Notes: a model not told the origin generated them from the letters alone. 64,000 nucleotides of DNA from Tubiluchus corallicola (GCA_030141605.1 JAQGDQ010000066.1:310001-374000); one strand, 5' to 3'; counted from the stretch's first letter, positions 39,401-52,107 are shown. Made by a program: numbers and translations.

Positions 39401-42400
39401 CAGAAAATATATCTAGCAATAAGCCAATTGTCAGGTTCAAAAAAGTTGCTGGCAATGGTGCATTCATTTTAACGTTCTTTTTAAATATGCGGTTTAAAAA
39501 CTTGTGGTTCATTCTTTTTCGAGTTCTTTTTAATATCCATTGGTTCAAAAAGTCGTGGTCCATTTAAAGCTTTATAAATTATATGTTGGTTAATAGTGAG
39601 CTATATAAGCTTGATATGCTACTGATGACAACATACAGAAATCATTCAAAGACTATTTATTAACCTTTAAATTTTAGTGTGAAAAATACATGAATCGAAA
39701 TTGTGTAATTTACAAGCCATTTTAATGCAGCATAATTTTTTGGCAAACTCTGTATTAATGGCGACTATAGCGTCAGAACATCCTCCCACTACTTATTACA
39801 TTAATATTCATCAGAGGTGGAAAGCGTGTAACATCAGCTTCATGTCATCTCACCTGGCCAATAAATATGTTCCCAGCTGCATTCAATGATTCAGCTGCTG
39901 TGGTTTCCATGGTAAACTGCATCAGCCAAGCCACTTTTTTGATGACGACTTGCATCACTCCCATATAGTAGAGGACGGAAATGACGGAACTGAAATACAC
40001 CACTACCGGAAGTAGCTACAAACACAGCAAGAATAGAAATTTTTATCTTCATGACACATAGCTAAAGACAAACAACATTAAGATGTTGTGATCTCGCCCA
40101 AGCTCTACAAGGAATTATTATACCACTGGTAGTGTACATGAATATAGATTAATAAAACTGAAATGCCAATTTTATCAACTGGAGTTAACAATCTGTGCAA
40201 AAATGTGAACTTGCAATTACAACACAAGACCAGTTTGACAGAAGTTTTCCAGATGTAGGTCTTACGCATTCAGCACAAAAGTGAATAGTATTAGAACTAA
40301 ATATGCCTCTCTAACAATAAGAGAAAAGGAAGAATCGTGCTAAGTCTACAATAAAAAATATGCCAGATGTTTGTGTGAGATTTTTAAAGTATCTCATGTG
40401 AACAGAAGAAGGTCTGTTACTCCTGTTAGTCTGTCAAGAATTTCAGCAACTAATAACCAATCTACACTCTTGGAAAGAACTAGTAAAGTACTTCGTGCTC
40501 CTTCCTAGACAAAAATTGGGGTCGATATTACGGTTCTCACATGCAGACAAACTCACCAAAAATATCTCCCCTTCCACGAATGACATTGTTCTTGAAATCA
40601 TTGTAAAATAATAAAAACCCAGAATACAGGAAATTTGTAAAGAGCACTAATGTTCAACGTAATAGGACATAAAAGATATAAGGATGACACCTGGAGAAAA
40701 TGAAACCCAGAAATGCGTTTTTATGAGCGAAATCGCAGAGACATTACGCATTTTGTGTTAGTGGAAAATATTTAAATATACATAATACATCGAATAGTAA
40801 TAGAACACGTGTACATTATCTTTACACTGAAATGCATGCAAAGCGTTAATGATTTAATTAATGTATATGCACAGCAAGACTTGCATTGCAAATAAATAAA
40901 AATTTGTTTCGAATTAAAGGGTTAATTTGAAGCACCTAAGTTCACTTTCATTATTCTATATAGTATAGTGTGTTAGTGCAACTGTAAATGTATTATCATC
41001 TCTTTTTATGCAAGGTACATTCACCTGAATGTTAAAAAATTAGTGTTTTCCTAATTAGTCATTAACAAGACATGTATGACTTATAGTAAAATGAAGTACT
41101 AAAGTTCTAGAACTACTTACAGTAAAGGCAAAGTTGGTGAGCTTTTGTACGACGTTGCCGTCTTCGTCCACCTGAAACTCCCCAAATACAAATTTGGCAC
41201 CTGCATCAGCGAAGGACAAGAAAATTGTAACTTTATCTCCTAGCCAAGAAAAAGCAAGATTACTAACGGAGGTTCGCAGAATCAGCAGAGCGAAGATGAA
41301 CTGTAGTCCCAGGCCCCATAAAACGGGTCTCCACCTAACCTGTTTAATAAATTATTGTCAATACCACTAAGCTTAAATAAAGCTTAAATACAGTAACTAT
41401 GTATAATAATCATGTGTGCTTGTATACCAAAATCATCCACAACGTCGGTAATTCAGCTTTTCTAGTTATTCACATATCCCAAATATAAATTTCATGAGGA
41501 TTATTTTAATACCAAGTTCATCGCTCTATGTCATTTCTAAACTGAGATAATCCATGTTGAAGTTGAGGTGCAGGCTACGCATTGAAAAACATAATTTTGA
41601 AAAAATAGCTGTTAAAGTTAGCCATTGTTTTTTGTCGCGTTTCAACAAAATGCTTGGCAACTGCATGACTGTTGGTTGCTACTGACTTTGCAAGAACACA
41701 TTGACGGCTCTTACCGATGAAGATCTGGGCTTGGCTACAGAAAAAAACCCGAAGCAAAACGACTGCTTCCACGAACTACTATCGGAGTTTGAAAATAAGC
41801 GCATTTTACAATTGCAGTGCCAGTTATTAACCAGAAAAGTGGGTACGAGGTTATAAAATTAAGTGCTTAATATTTTTAGAAATTTTTTTGATAATTTGAT
41901 GCTAGAATATAAAAGTCCAATATATTTATCATTTGTTTTTATAAAAAAAAACAAAAAATAACATTTGACCAAATTTTTGGTGTATTCTACTTTGAAGCAT
42001 CATAACGTAGTTTTAATCCCCGTTATAATGCCGACTTATAGACGGTTTTGGTTTGCAAGCACACTTATTATACTTAATCAATATAACCAATTTTTAAACA
42101 CGATACAATAATCATCAATGCAATACAAAACATTGTCAATACAAAAATGCAATATTAGGTCGAATACTCAATGTTCATTAACAATATAAATTATGTAAAA
42201 AGTACGAAGCAGTAGTCATTCAATGTATGTTATCAATATAAACAATTTTTGAAAAACGAAACAATAATCACCACGACTTTTCCCATCCATTAAAACTCTT
42301 CCGTAAATGACTTCATTTGCTTAATTAAAAATACTATGTTTTATGAACTCACATCTTTGTAAATATCGTCTATATCCTGACATTAAATTGTAGTGTCACC

Positions 42401-45400
42401 TGTTGACTATTATTTACACTTACTAATACCGGGTCATATAGACCTAGCCGTTGATTTTTAATTAGAGTTACCTCAATGACATTATTAAAACAAGTACCAA
42501 GTCTGCAGTAACATGTATAATAATTTTGCAAAAATAGACTCATGTTTGTGTGTAGCTTTAAGCTACTGCTTGTTTTCGTTGAAATTTACCACAAAGACAG
42601 GTTACCAATAGCATAGATTTGTTGTCAATTACTTAACATACAAGGACAAGGAGGCTTACACTAAGACTTCTCCCAAATGTTGTGTACCCAGTCCTACACA
42701 TGTTAACCGGTTTAATTAAGGAAAAACTGCAGTATTGCTTTAGAGTTTTGTTAGACATAAATGGCAACAAAAAATGCTAGGTGGTCGCACTGTAATAGGG
42801 TGCTTGGTCTGTGTAACTGTAGATGTGTTGCATTGTAATTGTAATTGTAGATGTAGATATATTTATTTCTAGATGGGTATCGTTCAACATTTCTACTCTC
42901 TGGTAGACTAAGTTTATTTAACTTGTTTTTATTTTATAAAGCAATCTTATTTGATCTTGTATTAATTAATTTTAATGTTTGTTTGTTCGTTTATTTGGTA
43001 GTTTTCATTTTATGCAATTGTTTTGGGCAATTATTCTGTAGATTCAAATCCAAAAACTAACTTCTTCAATCAAAGTCAGTCCAATTTAAATTAGTACTAC
43101 ACTAGAAAGTAGTTTTGAAAATGTTCTACTCTAGCATGTTTAATTTGAAGTTAGTTTCAACTTTAGAAATAAATGGAAGTTTGACATATTTACATATTAA
43201 GTAACAGTGGTCAACATCACTAGACACACGATTCACCAAATATCTCAACCCTCCATTTAGTTTTACTTCAGGTTATAGTTTAAGTAAAAAAACTCGTTAA
43301 AAAGTTGAAGAAATAATAAAAACAATCCACAATGTGGCGCCACCTATGGACTGCACCTACAAATAAAATGCATTTACCCATCTTGACATGGTAATATGAG
43401 TCTCTTGTGACATACGTACGTGTGAGGGGTGTCTGGAAAAGACGAAACAGAACAAGCAAAGAGTAAACAGTCCAACAGCAGAGATGAGATTGTTTGGCCT
43501 CTCGTGTAAGCTCAAACCAGCAAACAATATAACAAAAATCAATACGACCACAACAGAATAAACTAACCTGGAAAAGATAAAATAATTATAATGGTAGCCT
43601 TCAAAACATGTTTACAAAATATAAATAATTTAGTGTAATGAAAGAATTACAGTTTATTAACCCGCAACTAGCCATTTGTGCATGAAAATTATCGTTTTGT
43701 GGATAGCAAGACGTGTTAATGATAAACCCAAGAAAAAAGAAATAATCTTCTTTGTGACTCTCTGTTATTTTCAAACCATATATTATTCAGTGCTTAAAAA
43801 TCTCCTGGGCAAATTATAGATTTTTCTCTCTTACACAACATTACCCAAAATCAATCTGGAAATATCTTTGTCAGAAATGGGAGTGCAACGAAACAACGAC
43901 ACAAAAAATCTAAATAACATAAATTAACATAGCAATAATTAAACAAAATTAATGTTAATACACGCAGGCGATAATTTACAGTTTAAAAACACTTACCATT
44001 TCAACCAGTGCCATTGTTTTTCAATCTTTTCCGCCATACGGTCCCAAAGCTTAGTACAAGAAGTCTCGTATAATGGCTTAGTCTTATAATAACCGTAAAT
44101 AAGAACAACAAACACAGTGATACCAATGAGTTCTTTGATTCCCTTGGGCATATAACCAAGTGGTTTCTTATAATGGCGCACATTGTACGCTATAGCCGCG
44201 AAAAAGTATTTAAAATACAGAAGAAGCGCTATTACTCCTATAACAATCCATATTGTCCGTTTGTTTTTCGTGTAAAAGTCTGACAGTGCATTGACCACTT
44301 TTCCAACACAGTTCTTTGCCGGTTCTGGCGTGTCTTCCGGTTTATCGTGCACTGGTTTTTCCTCTTTGTCCACTGATATGGCGTGAGTGTTTCCATCATC
44401 TTGCTTAGCCTAAAACAAAAAACAGGAGTGGCTCACATCATGTACACACTGATGACTAGGTGTTGTAGAAATGCTTTTGTAGTATATAAAAAATCATCCT
44501 GTCTTCTTTTAAGTGAACTCTAATGTTTTGAATAAATATTATTAAACTATTTTACAAGGTTCTAGAATTTTAACTGGATTGAAATACCACTTTTACTGCC
44601 TGATTTGTGGTTTTAATCCTGGCTAAAATTTAAATTACTTCACAATTTTATACACAGAGAAACTAATTTAATATCTACGCGTTTCATCTATCAAATAGTA
44701 AAATAAAATATTGTTTCACTATATATGTAATAAGAGAGAAAACAAAATATGTAAGCGAACGTTTCCAATTAGCCATGAAGAAACACTTCAGTAAACTTAA
44801 AAGAGAAACTGTAAACGTTTAGTGATTTGCATATTTTTTGTTTTATAACATTTGACAATTTCAAAGCCGGAATCGCGCACTAAACACAATGGTGAAGTGC
44901 GATCGGAATCTACCTCATTTTCGATAATGCTACTTTTCAGAGAAGACACCGCCACTTTTTGATGTATGTAAAAACCCTTTCTCATTAAAGTAAATAACTG
45001 TAGATGGTGTGACGGTGTGATGGCTAAAACAATCCAGGAGTAGCTCTTCAGGTGATCAACAACTTATTTACAAACTAGGCCTGGAGTTCTTTAACTTGAT
45101 TTAGACAAACCTTGCCTTAAAGTAAGGATATGGCAAGTACTACATACCTAAATACAGAGTACTAGATATCTTATATTAGCATTAGAAACACAAAGGTAGT
45201 GTCATGACTGAAATTTCAATTGTAGATTATGTCATATAAAAAATAATCAGCAAAAAATCAAGAAAATGAAAACATAGACCAGAAACAAACTATAAGTGTA
45301 AGTAAATATAAGAACAATGTTTGTTTTCTGCCTTACACCAAAAAATCTTGAAAATAAATGTTTTACTCGAATCACGTTTTCTGCCTTATATCAAAAAGCT

Positions 45401-45749
45401 TGAAAATAAATGTGCTACACAAATCATGCCACCACTTTACTTGTTTGGAGATTTAAAAAAATCATTTTCTAGAAGCATTACTTACGTATTCGGCTCCACG
45501 GTAAACATGGTCTGCTTCTACAGATTCATTTGATTTCGCATCCAATCCGGAATCTATCGATTTATTGTGATTGGCTCCACTCTGCTGCTGATTTGCCGGA
45601 CCACTCCTTTCAACTAGGTTATCATAATCCAGAGGAGCCGATTCTGCTGATTGATCAGAGCCGGGCTTCTCCACTGCCTCCTTTTCAAACGCCAGATTGT
45701 CGTAAACTTTTGATGCATCTTTTTTGTATTCTTCCGGTCCTTCGGACAT
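33281..45749 (-). CDS. SLC28A3: Concentrative nucleoside transporter, SLC28/CNT3-like, copy A (complete, 11 coding exons, 697 aa)
   Basis: Exons 45749-45486, 44409-43997, 43567-43420, 41339-41121, 40015-39854, 38774-38649, 37502-37372, 36134-35966, 35361-35203, 34557-34377 and 33402-33281. All introns are GT-AG, phases are consistent, and the total is 2094 nt. CNT motifs present: [58 protein letters not shown]. The C-terminal tail has NAT sequons. Assignment to the CNT3 type rests on signature residues, not phylogeny. Confidence 0.95.
33548..33650 (+). repeat. (GAT)n / GA-rich microsatellite in the last intron of copy A (counterpart at 55274-55380 in copy B)
   Basis: Directly visible. Confidence 0.85.
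34377..34557 (-). CDS. SLC28A3: SLC28 copy A coding exon 10
   Basis: [27 protein letters not shown]...CFMTACIA. Confidence 0.95.
35203..35361 (-). CDS. SLC28A3: SLC28 copy A coding exon 9
   Basis: [18 protein letters not shown]...[10 protein letters not shown]...QLS. Confidence 0.95.
35966..36134 (-). CDS. SLC28A3: SLC28 copy A coding exon 8
   Basis: [32 protein letters not shown]...GLTFE. Confidence 0.95.
37372..37502 (-). CDS. SLC28A3: SLC28 copy A coding exon 7
   Basis: [27 protein letters not shown]... Confidence 0.95.
37783..37867 (+). mobile_element. Decayed tRNA-like sequence or tRNA-derived SINE head (intronic; counterpart at 60232-60320)
   Basis: GGCT...AGCC ends, TGGCCTAGTG A-box, CTTGTAA anticodon-like loop, degenerate B-box and downstream T run. 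The stems are too mismatched for a functional tRNA. Confidence 0.55.
38275..38500 (+). repeat. GA-rich / (CAGA)n low-complexity tract (counterpart 60865-61165)
   Basis: Directly visible in both paralogues. Confidence 0.8.
38649..38774 (-). CDS. SLC28A3: SLC28 copy A coding exon 6
   Basis: [42 protein letters not shown]. Confidence 0.95.
39854..40015 (-). CDS. SLC28A3: SLC28 copy A coding exon 5
   Basis: [19 protein letters not shown]...[14 protein letters not shown]. Confidence 0.95.
41121..41339 (-). CDS. SLC28A3: SLC28 copy A coding exon 4
   Basis: [23 protein letters not shown]...DAGAKFVFG...NFAFT. Not in the ORF track. Confidence 0.95.
43420..43567 (-). CDS. SLC28A3: SLC28 copy A coding exon 3
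   Basis: LVYSVVVV...[24 protein letters not shown], phase 2 to 0. Confidence 0.92.
43997..44409 (-). CDS. SLC28A3: SLC28 copy A coding exon 2
   Basis: AKQDDGNTH...[22 protein letters not shown]...WHWLK, phase 0 to 2. Confidence 0.9.
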
Positions 45750-46692
45750 AATTCGGAAAGACTAGGTGTGAGATCTGCAATTGAAAAAGTTGTTTTTCTT
45801 CGGTGCATTTCTCAATTTTTAAAGCTAACACATCCTTGCCAATTGCAGCTAATTTTCATGTTAATTAGATTGGAAAATTAGGAAAACATATGCAGTATAA
45901 CACACGTGTACAGAAATAATTGTATTAAGACAAGAGTACGACTTAAGAATGCTTTTAAAATGAATACAGAGGTGCCATAATAAAAGCGAAGTTGTTGAAT
46001 TAGAACAGTGTTTAAAGGGATACTAAAGTTTCAAACAACATAAGTTCAGAACATTTGCCGTATGTTAAGCGATTTGCTTCGCGAACTCCTAAAGACAAAT
46101 TTTATGTTAAAAAATTTCTGCTTTCACGATGTGGTTGGCTTTCACAAGGGCTATGCCATCATTGGAACATTTCATACCATGATGCATAAATTATGACGTC
46201 ATCTCGTCCTCCCGTGTTTAGCCTGAGCAACTAAATACTAGTGCATACAGAAAAGCAGTGCAGTTTCTCACTGTTTATAGAAAAGAATGTCTAAACTGAC
46301 TGCTAAAAATCGATACATACAGTAAGCAGTAGGATAGCACAGTAAATAATACTGTAGAATAATTTTACTACCAAGCTTTGATTTTCTCTGTTGGGATTCA
46401 CCACAGATTAGCTGTTAACACTGGCCCTTAACAACATTCATACAGTTTTTAGTCATGTATATGTCAAGGTTTGTCTTAATCAAGTTAAAGAACGCCAGGC
46501 CTACCTAGTTTGTAAATATTTTGATTACCTGAAGAGCTACTCCTGGATTGTTTTTGCCATCACACCGTCTATAGTTATTTATCTTAATGAGAAAGGGTTT
46601 TTACATACATCCAAAAGTGGCGGTGTCGAAAATGAAGTAGATTCCAATCGCACCTAACCATTGTGTTTAGAGTGCGATTCCGGATTTGAAAT
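44858..46692. repeat. Long inverted-repeat pair (arms 44858-45114 and 46465-46692) flanking SLC28 copy A coding exon 1
   Basis: The reverse complement of arm 2 aligns along the whole of arm 1 (e.g. ATGTATGTAAAAACCCTTTCTCATTAA, AAAACAATCCAGGAGTAGCTCTTCAGGT, TTCTTTAACTTGATT) with a few indels. Confidence 0.92.
45486..45749 (-). CDS. SLC28A3: SLC28 copy A coding exon 1 (cytoplasmic N-terminus)
   Basis: ATG at 45749, acceptor at 45775-45776, phase-0 GTAAGT donor. [22 protein letters not shown]... Confidence 0.8.
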
Positions 46693-48149
46693 GTAAACAA
46701 ATTGCTTCCTCCATGGCAACAAAATTTAGTTTGGTTTATTACATAAAATTCATAAAGACATTTAAGCAAGAATTTATCATCATTACATTACTCTGGGCAC
46801 TCTCCCAAGTTTTCTGTGCATACACAACAGAAAGTAGTAGCCGACTGGCCAAAATTTATTCTCAGGAAAATAATATGATGACTGAATGTGAAAATCAGTG
46901 AAAAACGTGTGACAAACTTAATAGCATAAAATAACTGAAATTTATTAAACATGTAATGACGATCCTTCGTCATCTGCTGATCTTAAATCATTCTAATCAT
47001 TTTATGTGTTGCTTCTCAGTGGAATTGTGAAAGATTTTGCACAGAGGAGGTAAAGGATGTAGAAGGGCACCCTACCTCCCCTTCCCAAAACTTTCACTTA
47101 GGGAGCCCGGAGGTGATTCAAAGGTTGCTTCAAATGGAAAAAAAACCGTAGAACCTATGTTGCGTAAGGACACCGCAAGCAGCAAAAAATAATTTGCATT
47201 TTCTGTATGGTTTCTCTTTTTTCATTTCTGTCCCTTCTTTATTTCTTCCTAATTTGGGATGCTTACAGAAACACAAGGGTGGAAATTGCCCCTCTGCCTC
47301 CCCTGTTATGTCACAGTTGATTTTACATGAGCTCTAAATTACTAAACAAAAGTACTGGGCTGCTAAAAAATGATCAATCAATTAGTTAAGTGAAGATTCT
47401 GTATCTTTCTTAATTTAAGTACTGTGATACATTTTTTGTACACAGATTTCTAATTTTTTTCGTTTGATGTTATGATACAGTAAGTTATAAGTTCATGTCT
47501 GGTTGCTAAAAATTGGAAGCTTCGAAACTGGCAGACTCCATAAGATATACCTCTGCGTCTACAACAGTTTAGATAGATCTGACAGTGTGACAGGTTGCAT
47601 TGCAGACTTCAATGATAATCAGGTGCCTTTCCTACACTAGCAAAGTAAAATACACTCGTTTTAGAAAAAAAAAGAAACAGCAGCAGAGTATGTTAACTAG
47701 GCTTGCGCCTGCATTATAGTTGCACAGCCCTATACTGTACACATAGTTAACTACTGAATCGAATCGAGAAATAATTTAGAGCTGTAAACCAAACAAAAAA
47801 TGCAACGAATTTCTTCAAATTGTTGTGTATGAATGACTCAAAGCATGCATTTCTTATCAGCTGTTTACATACACTAGGACTCCCATAAAGCATGTGCGGA
47901 TGTGAGGATGCGATGCCATAATTTGTGCGCAAACATGGCTGGTTTTTTACGGTAAAAAACAATGCATTATAGCTTCCGGGAAAATTTTCGCACAGAGCAA
48001 TGTCACAATAGGTTGATAATTTTTGATAACACATAAGTTAAACTTAAGTTGTAATACAGATTAGAATCTATTTAAAGTGGATGAAGGTACAATTTAATTT
48101 AAAATAATAAATGATATCGCAGCCGAGAGATTAATAAACTTAAAGGCAT

Positions 48150-48290
48150 ATAATGGATAACAATTTACCCAGCTTCTTGTTGAAGAAAGGAAGCGATTCA
48201 CCAACTGAACCTGGGATTTGAACTTGAGTCCTAGTGGCCCTAGTGCAGAAGGAGTACTTGCTCTGCCTGCCCAGTTATCATGGCTCTCAC
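48150..48290 (-). mobile_element. Possible tRNA-derived SINE head
   Basis: Minus-strand B-box GTTCAAATCCC with an upstream degenerate A-box-like sequence. Confidence 0.35.
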
Positions 48291-49819
48291 CCAAGAAAGC
48301 TGATTTGAATTCGCTTCGTCACAGCACACACTCAATTACGGCATCAAATAAACTACAGGGTCTCGGTAAAGGTACATGTGTTGGCCCTATGGGCAAAAAT
48401 TGGCATCTTTTCATGATGTGACCCCTGACCATCAACCGTTTCCAGGTTTTGCCCAGGCCCCGATTGTAATGTCCACAAGATATAGCAACAACAGTTGACT
48501 AATTAGTAAATACTGAAACAAAAGTTTATTAAATTAGCATCAGATTAGATAAGAATTGGAACAGATCAAATCCGACATTGCATAACTTCTATCACGTAAT
48601 TAGGCCGCTGAAACAATGACGGAAATCTTAGTAACTGCAAACATTAAAATATTATCCATAAAGTATTAGTAGTATTTTTTTGTCAATAAGACCAACAAGA
48701 TTACATTTACAATAACGATACGTGCAACGCATATTAACACATATGGAAGTGTGGCCTTCAGAAGTATGCCCCTGATTAGATACCTTGTTACACATTGTAT
48801 CATAGACCTTTATGCAACGGGTGTATCGTTTTACAGTTAAGGGGGTTGCTTTGCTTAAGATGTTGTTAGTCTTCAGACATTCTAATATGACCGAGCTATT
48901 CAAGCAAAACTTGTTTAAACTATCAGCAATCTGTCTTATTATTAATTTATTTTAATGTAGAATTTATATGTATTATATTGCAAGATGTACAGTCATATTA
49001 CGAGTGCATAGTAATATGACTTGCACTTTTTTATACAGTTAGCACATTACAGTACAACTGTGCAACCAACAGAAACAGTGAGTCACCCTGCTACCACTAG
49101 TTATTAAAATTATAAATTATGTACATATACAAGTGGCTACTGTAAAATCTATAAATACTAGAATAATGAGGTTAGAATAACGTTTCTGCGTTTCTGCTCC
49201 TGTTTTTATTAGACTAACAAAATATTCAGACCTCTATTTAAGGGACAATAAATTTTTTGCAGCCTCTCGCAGTAGCCACTTAATAATGCACATGCTTTAT
49301 GTAACTAGTGATATCAGAGTTTTTTGTTGTTGTTGTAATGCTGTACTGTAATGTGCCAACCGTGGGTTTTTTAGTATACCTATTTTGGGGCGTACGTCCT
49401 AAAAGCCCCACTCCAATGACAAACGGGTACATGTATTATAATTACTTTGCCAATGTACATATGATTTTTAGTGTGTAACATGTTAATACTTAAGCCTCTC
49501 AATCAACACATCATAGATTCTAGGTAATAAAATTGAGAAGGGGATAATCTTAATTTCATACTCATATCATAACATAAGATGCGCAATTTCTTCCAGATTT
49601 TATTTTCATCCGTGTTCTCTCGGTTTGCTAGGCACAGCGTTACTGTCTATGGATAGATTAACACACGTCACAGTTTCTACCGCTACTGCGCAATAAACTT
49701 AATCGACGCTTAACGCGATTATTTTCAGATTCACTATGATGCATTACATCAAAGGCAACTAATTTTACCAAATAATTCCAACAGTACAAATACTATCAAA
49801 GAAAATAGTTAAAACTTTC

Positions 49820-49940
49820 AACATTACACGTGCACAAACTATGGCTGCCAAATGGCGCGAGAACACATTGACGTCACCGCTGATGCATGATGGAAAGAAG
49901 CCAATCATGGCGCAAGTCTTAGCGGAGCCAATTAGAAAGC
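49820..49940. promoter_or_regulatory. Promoter-like motif cluster, probably for SLC28 copy A
   Basis: CACGTG at 49827-49832, AAATGGCG (YY1-like) at 49850-49857, TGACGTCA (CRE) at 49869-49876, and two AGCCAAT boxes (CCAAT at 49901 and 49928). The cluster is locally CpG-richer and lies ~4 kb upstream of the ATG exon, which starts with a splice acceptor. Confidence 0.55.
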
Positions 49941-50439
49941 GAAAGCGAGAATTTTTTAAACTACAAATCAAGTTTCAAAAATTCGTGAAGCATATCGCTT
50001 AAATTTTTTTGATGAAATCGCTAAACGAAGCGAATGTTTTGAGCTCAAGTCGTATTACAGTTTAGAATCCCTTTAACTCTGTGTTTATTGTTCAATTATT
50101 TTCCATTATAAGTCTTTATTTTTATTAACTATTATTTTTATTAATCCCTTGGTACCAAAAGTCGCGATCCATCACAAGCTATGACTTGACATTACTAAGT
50201 TGTCATAAGGCTGTATGAACAATAGGTTTGCCGAGTACTCCCACGAATTAAATCATGTTGCAACTAAGCTTCTAACCACTATTTTGAGATAGATTCACAG
50301 TAAGTAAGGTAATAATTAACCTTTTCTGCTAAATTTCATGAACATTATATTTAGTCTAGGTTAGCAGTAAGACATTTCAACTCTGCCAATTTAAGTTTGG
50401 GCAGCTACACGTAGAATAAAGGTGTTCGACTGCACAAAG

Positions 50440-50440
<1 letters not shown>

Positions 50441-50472
<32 letters not shown>
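50441..50472. repeat. (TA)n microsatellite
   Basis: Directly visible. Confidence 0.95.
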
Positions 50473-50474
<2 letters not shown>

Positions 50475-51176
50475 ACGTAAAACTGTAAACTGTGAGAATA
50501 TTTCTTTTAAAGCCTTTTTTCTCTGAAACTTCATTTGTACATTCGAAAAAAATGCCACAAAGGTTTTCCAAAGTGTGTAAAAATGTAGGGCGAACTTTTT
50601 CAATGAATTAAAAATGTTGTCTGTGAAGCATTTCTTTTTTTGCATTTTCTTTTCCAATAAGCCTCACATTGTCAGATTGTATACCCGGTCTGCACAGGCT
50701 CAAAACGTCGGTAAAGTCTAGGAAACAAAATCTGTCACTAACTTGCCTTCCTGTCTATTTTTTTCTCGTCGATCATACCTAAGAATGCAGTTATTTTACG
50801 ATTTTATTTGCAGGCGTACTGCTTGGCGCTTGCATGACTCCGCCTATATCAAAATACAGCGAGGTCACATATGCGCAATGTCGTTCCTTACGGACATCAC
50901 TTCCGCTTTCTTCCTCGATTTTTCGTTTTTCGCAAGATGTCTGTGCTGCGCTAAATTTGATGTGTTTCAATGCTAACCAAACCGAAAACGCGCATGTTTA
51001 TAAAGAAATAAATCCGCTTTTTTCTATCACGCTAGTCAGTAATGAATTTTGACAGCAGGAGTCTACCAGGCTTAAAGTGGAACTTTAATTATCTAATGAA
51101 TCCTTCACTTACTTTGGGGACATTTTATCGTTATGTTATTTGCGACGTATTGTATGTCGTTGCGTCAGTTATATTT

Positions 51177-51535
51177 CCGCCAGTCAATCTTTTCGCCAGT
51201 CTACCTTTTCACCAGTCTACTTTCTCCCCAGTCTATTTTTTCGCCAGTCTACCTTTTCGCCAGTCTTCTTTTTTTGCTAGTCTACCTTTTCCCCCAGTCT
51301 ACTTTTTGGTCAGTCTACCTTGTCGCCTGTCTTCATTTTTGCCAGTCTACCTTTTCGCCAGTCTTCTTTTTTTGCTAGTCTACTTTTTCCCCAGTCTATT
51401 TTTTCGCCAGTCTACCTTTTTACCAGTCTACCTTTTCGCCAGTCTTCTTTTCCCCAGTCTACTTTTTCGCCCGTCTACTTTTTCGCCCGTCTACCTTTTC
51501 ACCAGTCTACTTTTTCGCCAGTCTATCTTTTCGTC
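51177..51535 (+). repeat. Minisatellite of ~16-18-bp units, consensus TTTTCGCCAGTCTAC
   Basis: About 20 tandem degenerate units. Inverted remnants (AGACTGGCAAA, ACACTAGCGAAAA) occur at 52137-52170. Confidence 0.92.
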
Positions 51536-51824
51536 AGTGTATCGTGGCTAACACTGACCTAGAAGTCACAATTGCCAATTAAGTATCGGCATGGTTTCAT
51601 TTGAACGTTTTGCGAACGGAAGATGTAAGTCCTACAGAAGGGTGCCATATGTCATTCGCAATAAAAAGTAGAATCTTATGCACCGTGTCAAACTCACGCA
51701 TCGAGTTTCGTTTAGCCAGAAAACGGCAGTAAATAGGATATTCGAAAAGTTAGCATTCAGAATCTAATGTTATTTTCGTTCAGCGATGTTTAGTTTCCGA
51801 CATATGCATCTTCTTGGAATAAAT

Positions 51825-52107
51825 CAAAAACTAGGCAGAGCTACTCCACCAAATTTGGTGTGCTTGTATCGTTCTCAATAGGTAATAATAGTCTAACCAA
51901 ATATCGAGTGATATTGCGCTTAAGTATAAAGTCTTCCTGTTCAATATCTAGTAAATTTCGTTGCTCAAAGAATCTTCTTAACAGGCGGTCCAAGGGTCAC
52001 TACCCGAAATTATAAGCAAAAGTGGCCCTCTACGCTAGCTACAAGCACACCAAATTCGGTAGAGTAACTCTGTCTAGTTTTTGTGTATGTGTGCGTGTGT
52101 GTGTGTA
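51825..52107. mobile_element. Non-autonomous element with 44-bp inverted repeats and an adjacent (GT)n tract (HINE/DINE-1-like or MITE)
   Basis: 51825-51868 (CAAAAACTAGGCAGAGCTACTCCACCAAATTTGGTGTGCTTGTA) versus the reverse complement of 52040-52083: 4 mismatches. Confidence 0.65.

Noticed and set aside
33281-45749. Calling copy A a pseudogene because of the motif substitutions
   Set aside because: All 11 exons have canonical splice sites, consistent phases and no stops or frameshifts, and exons are much more conserved than introns relative to copy B.
51042-51562. 169-aa ORF and overlapping ORFs; superficially CRISPR-like repeat array
   Set aside because: Minisatellite with directly adjacent units, no unique spacers and no cas genes, in a eukaryotic context.
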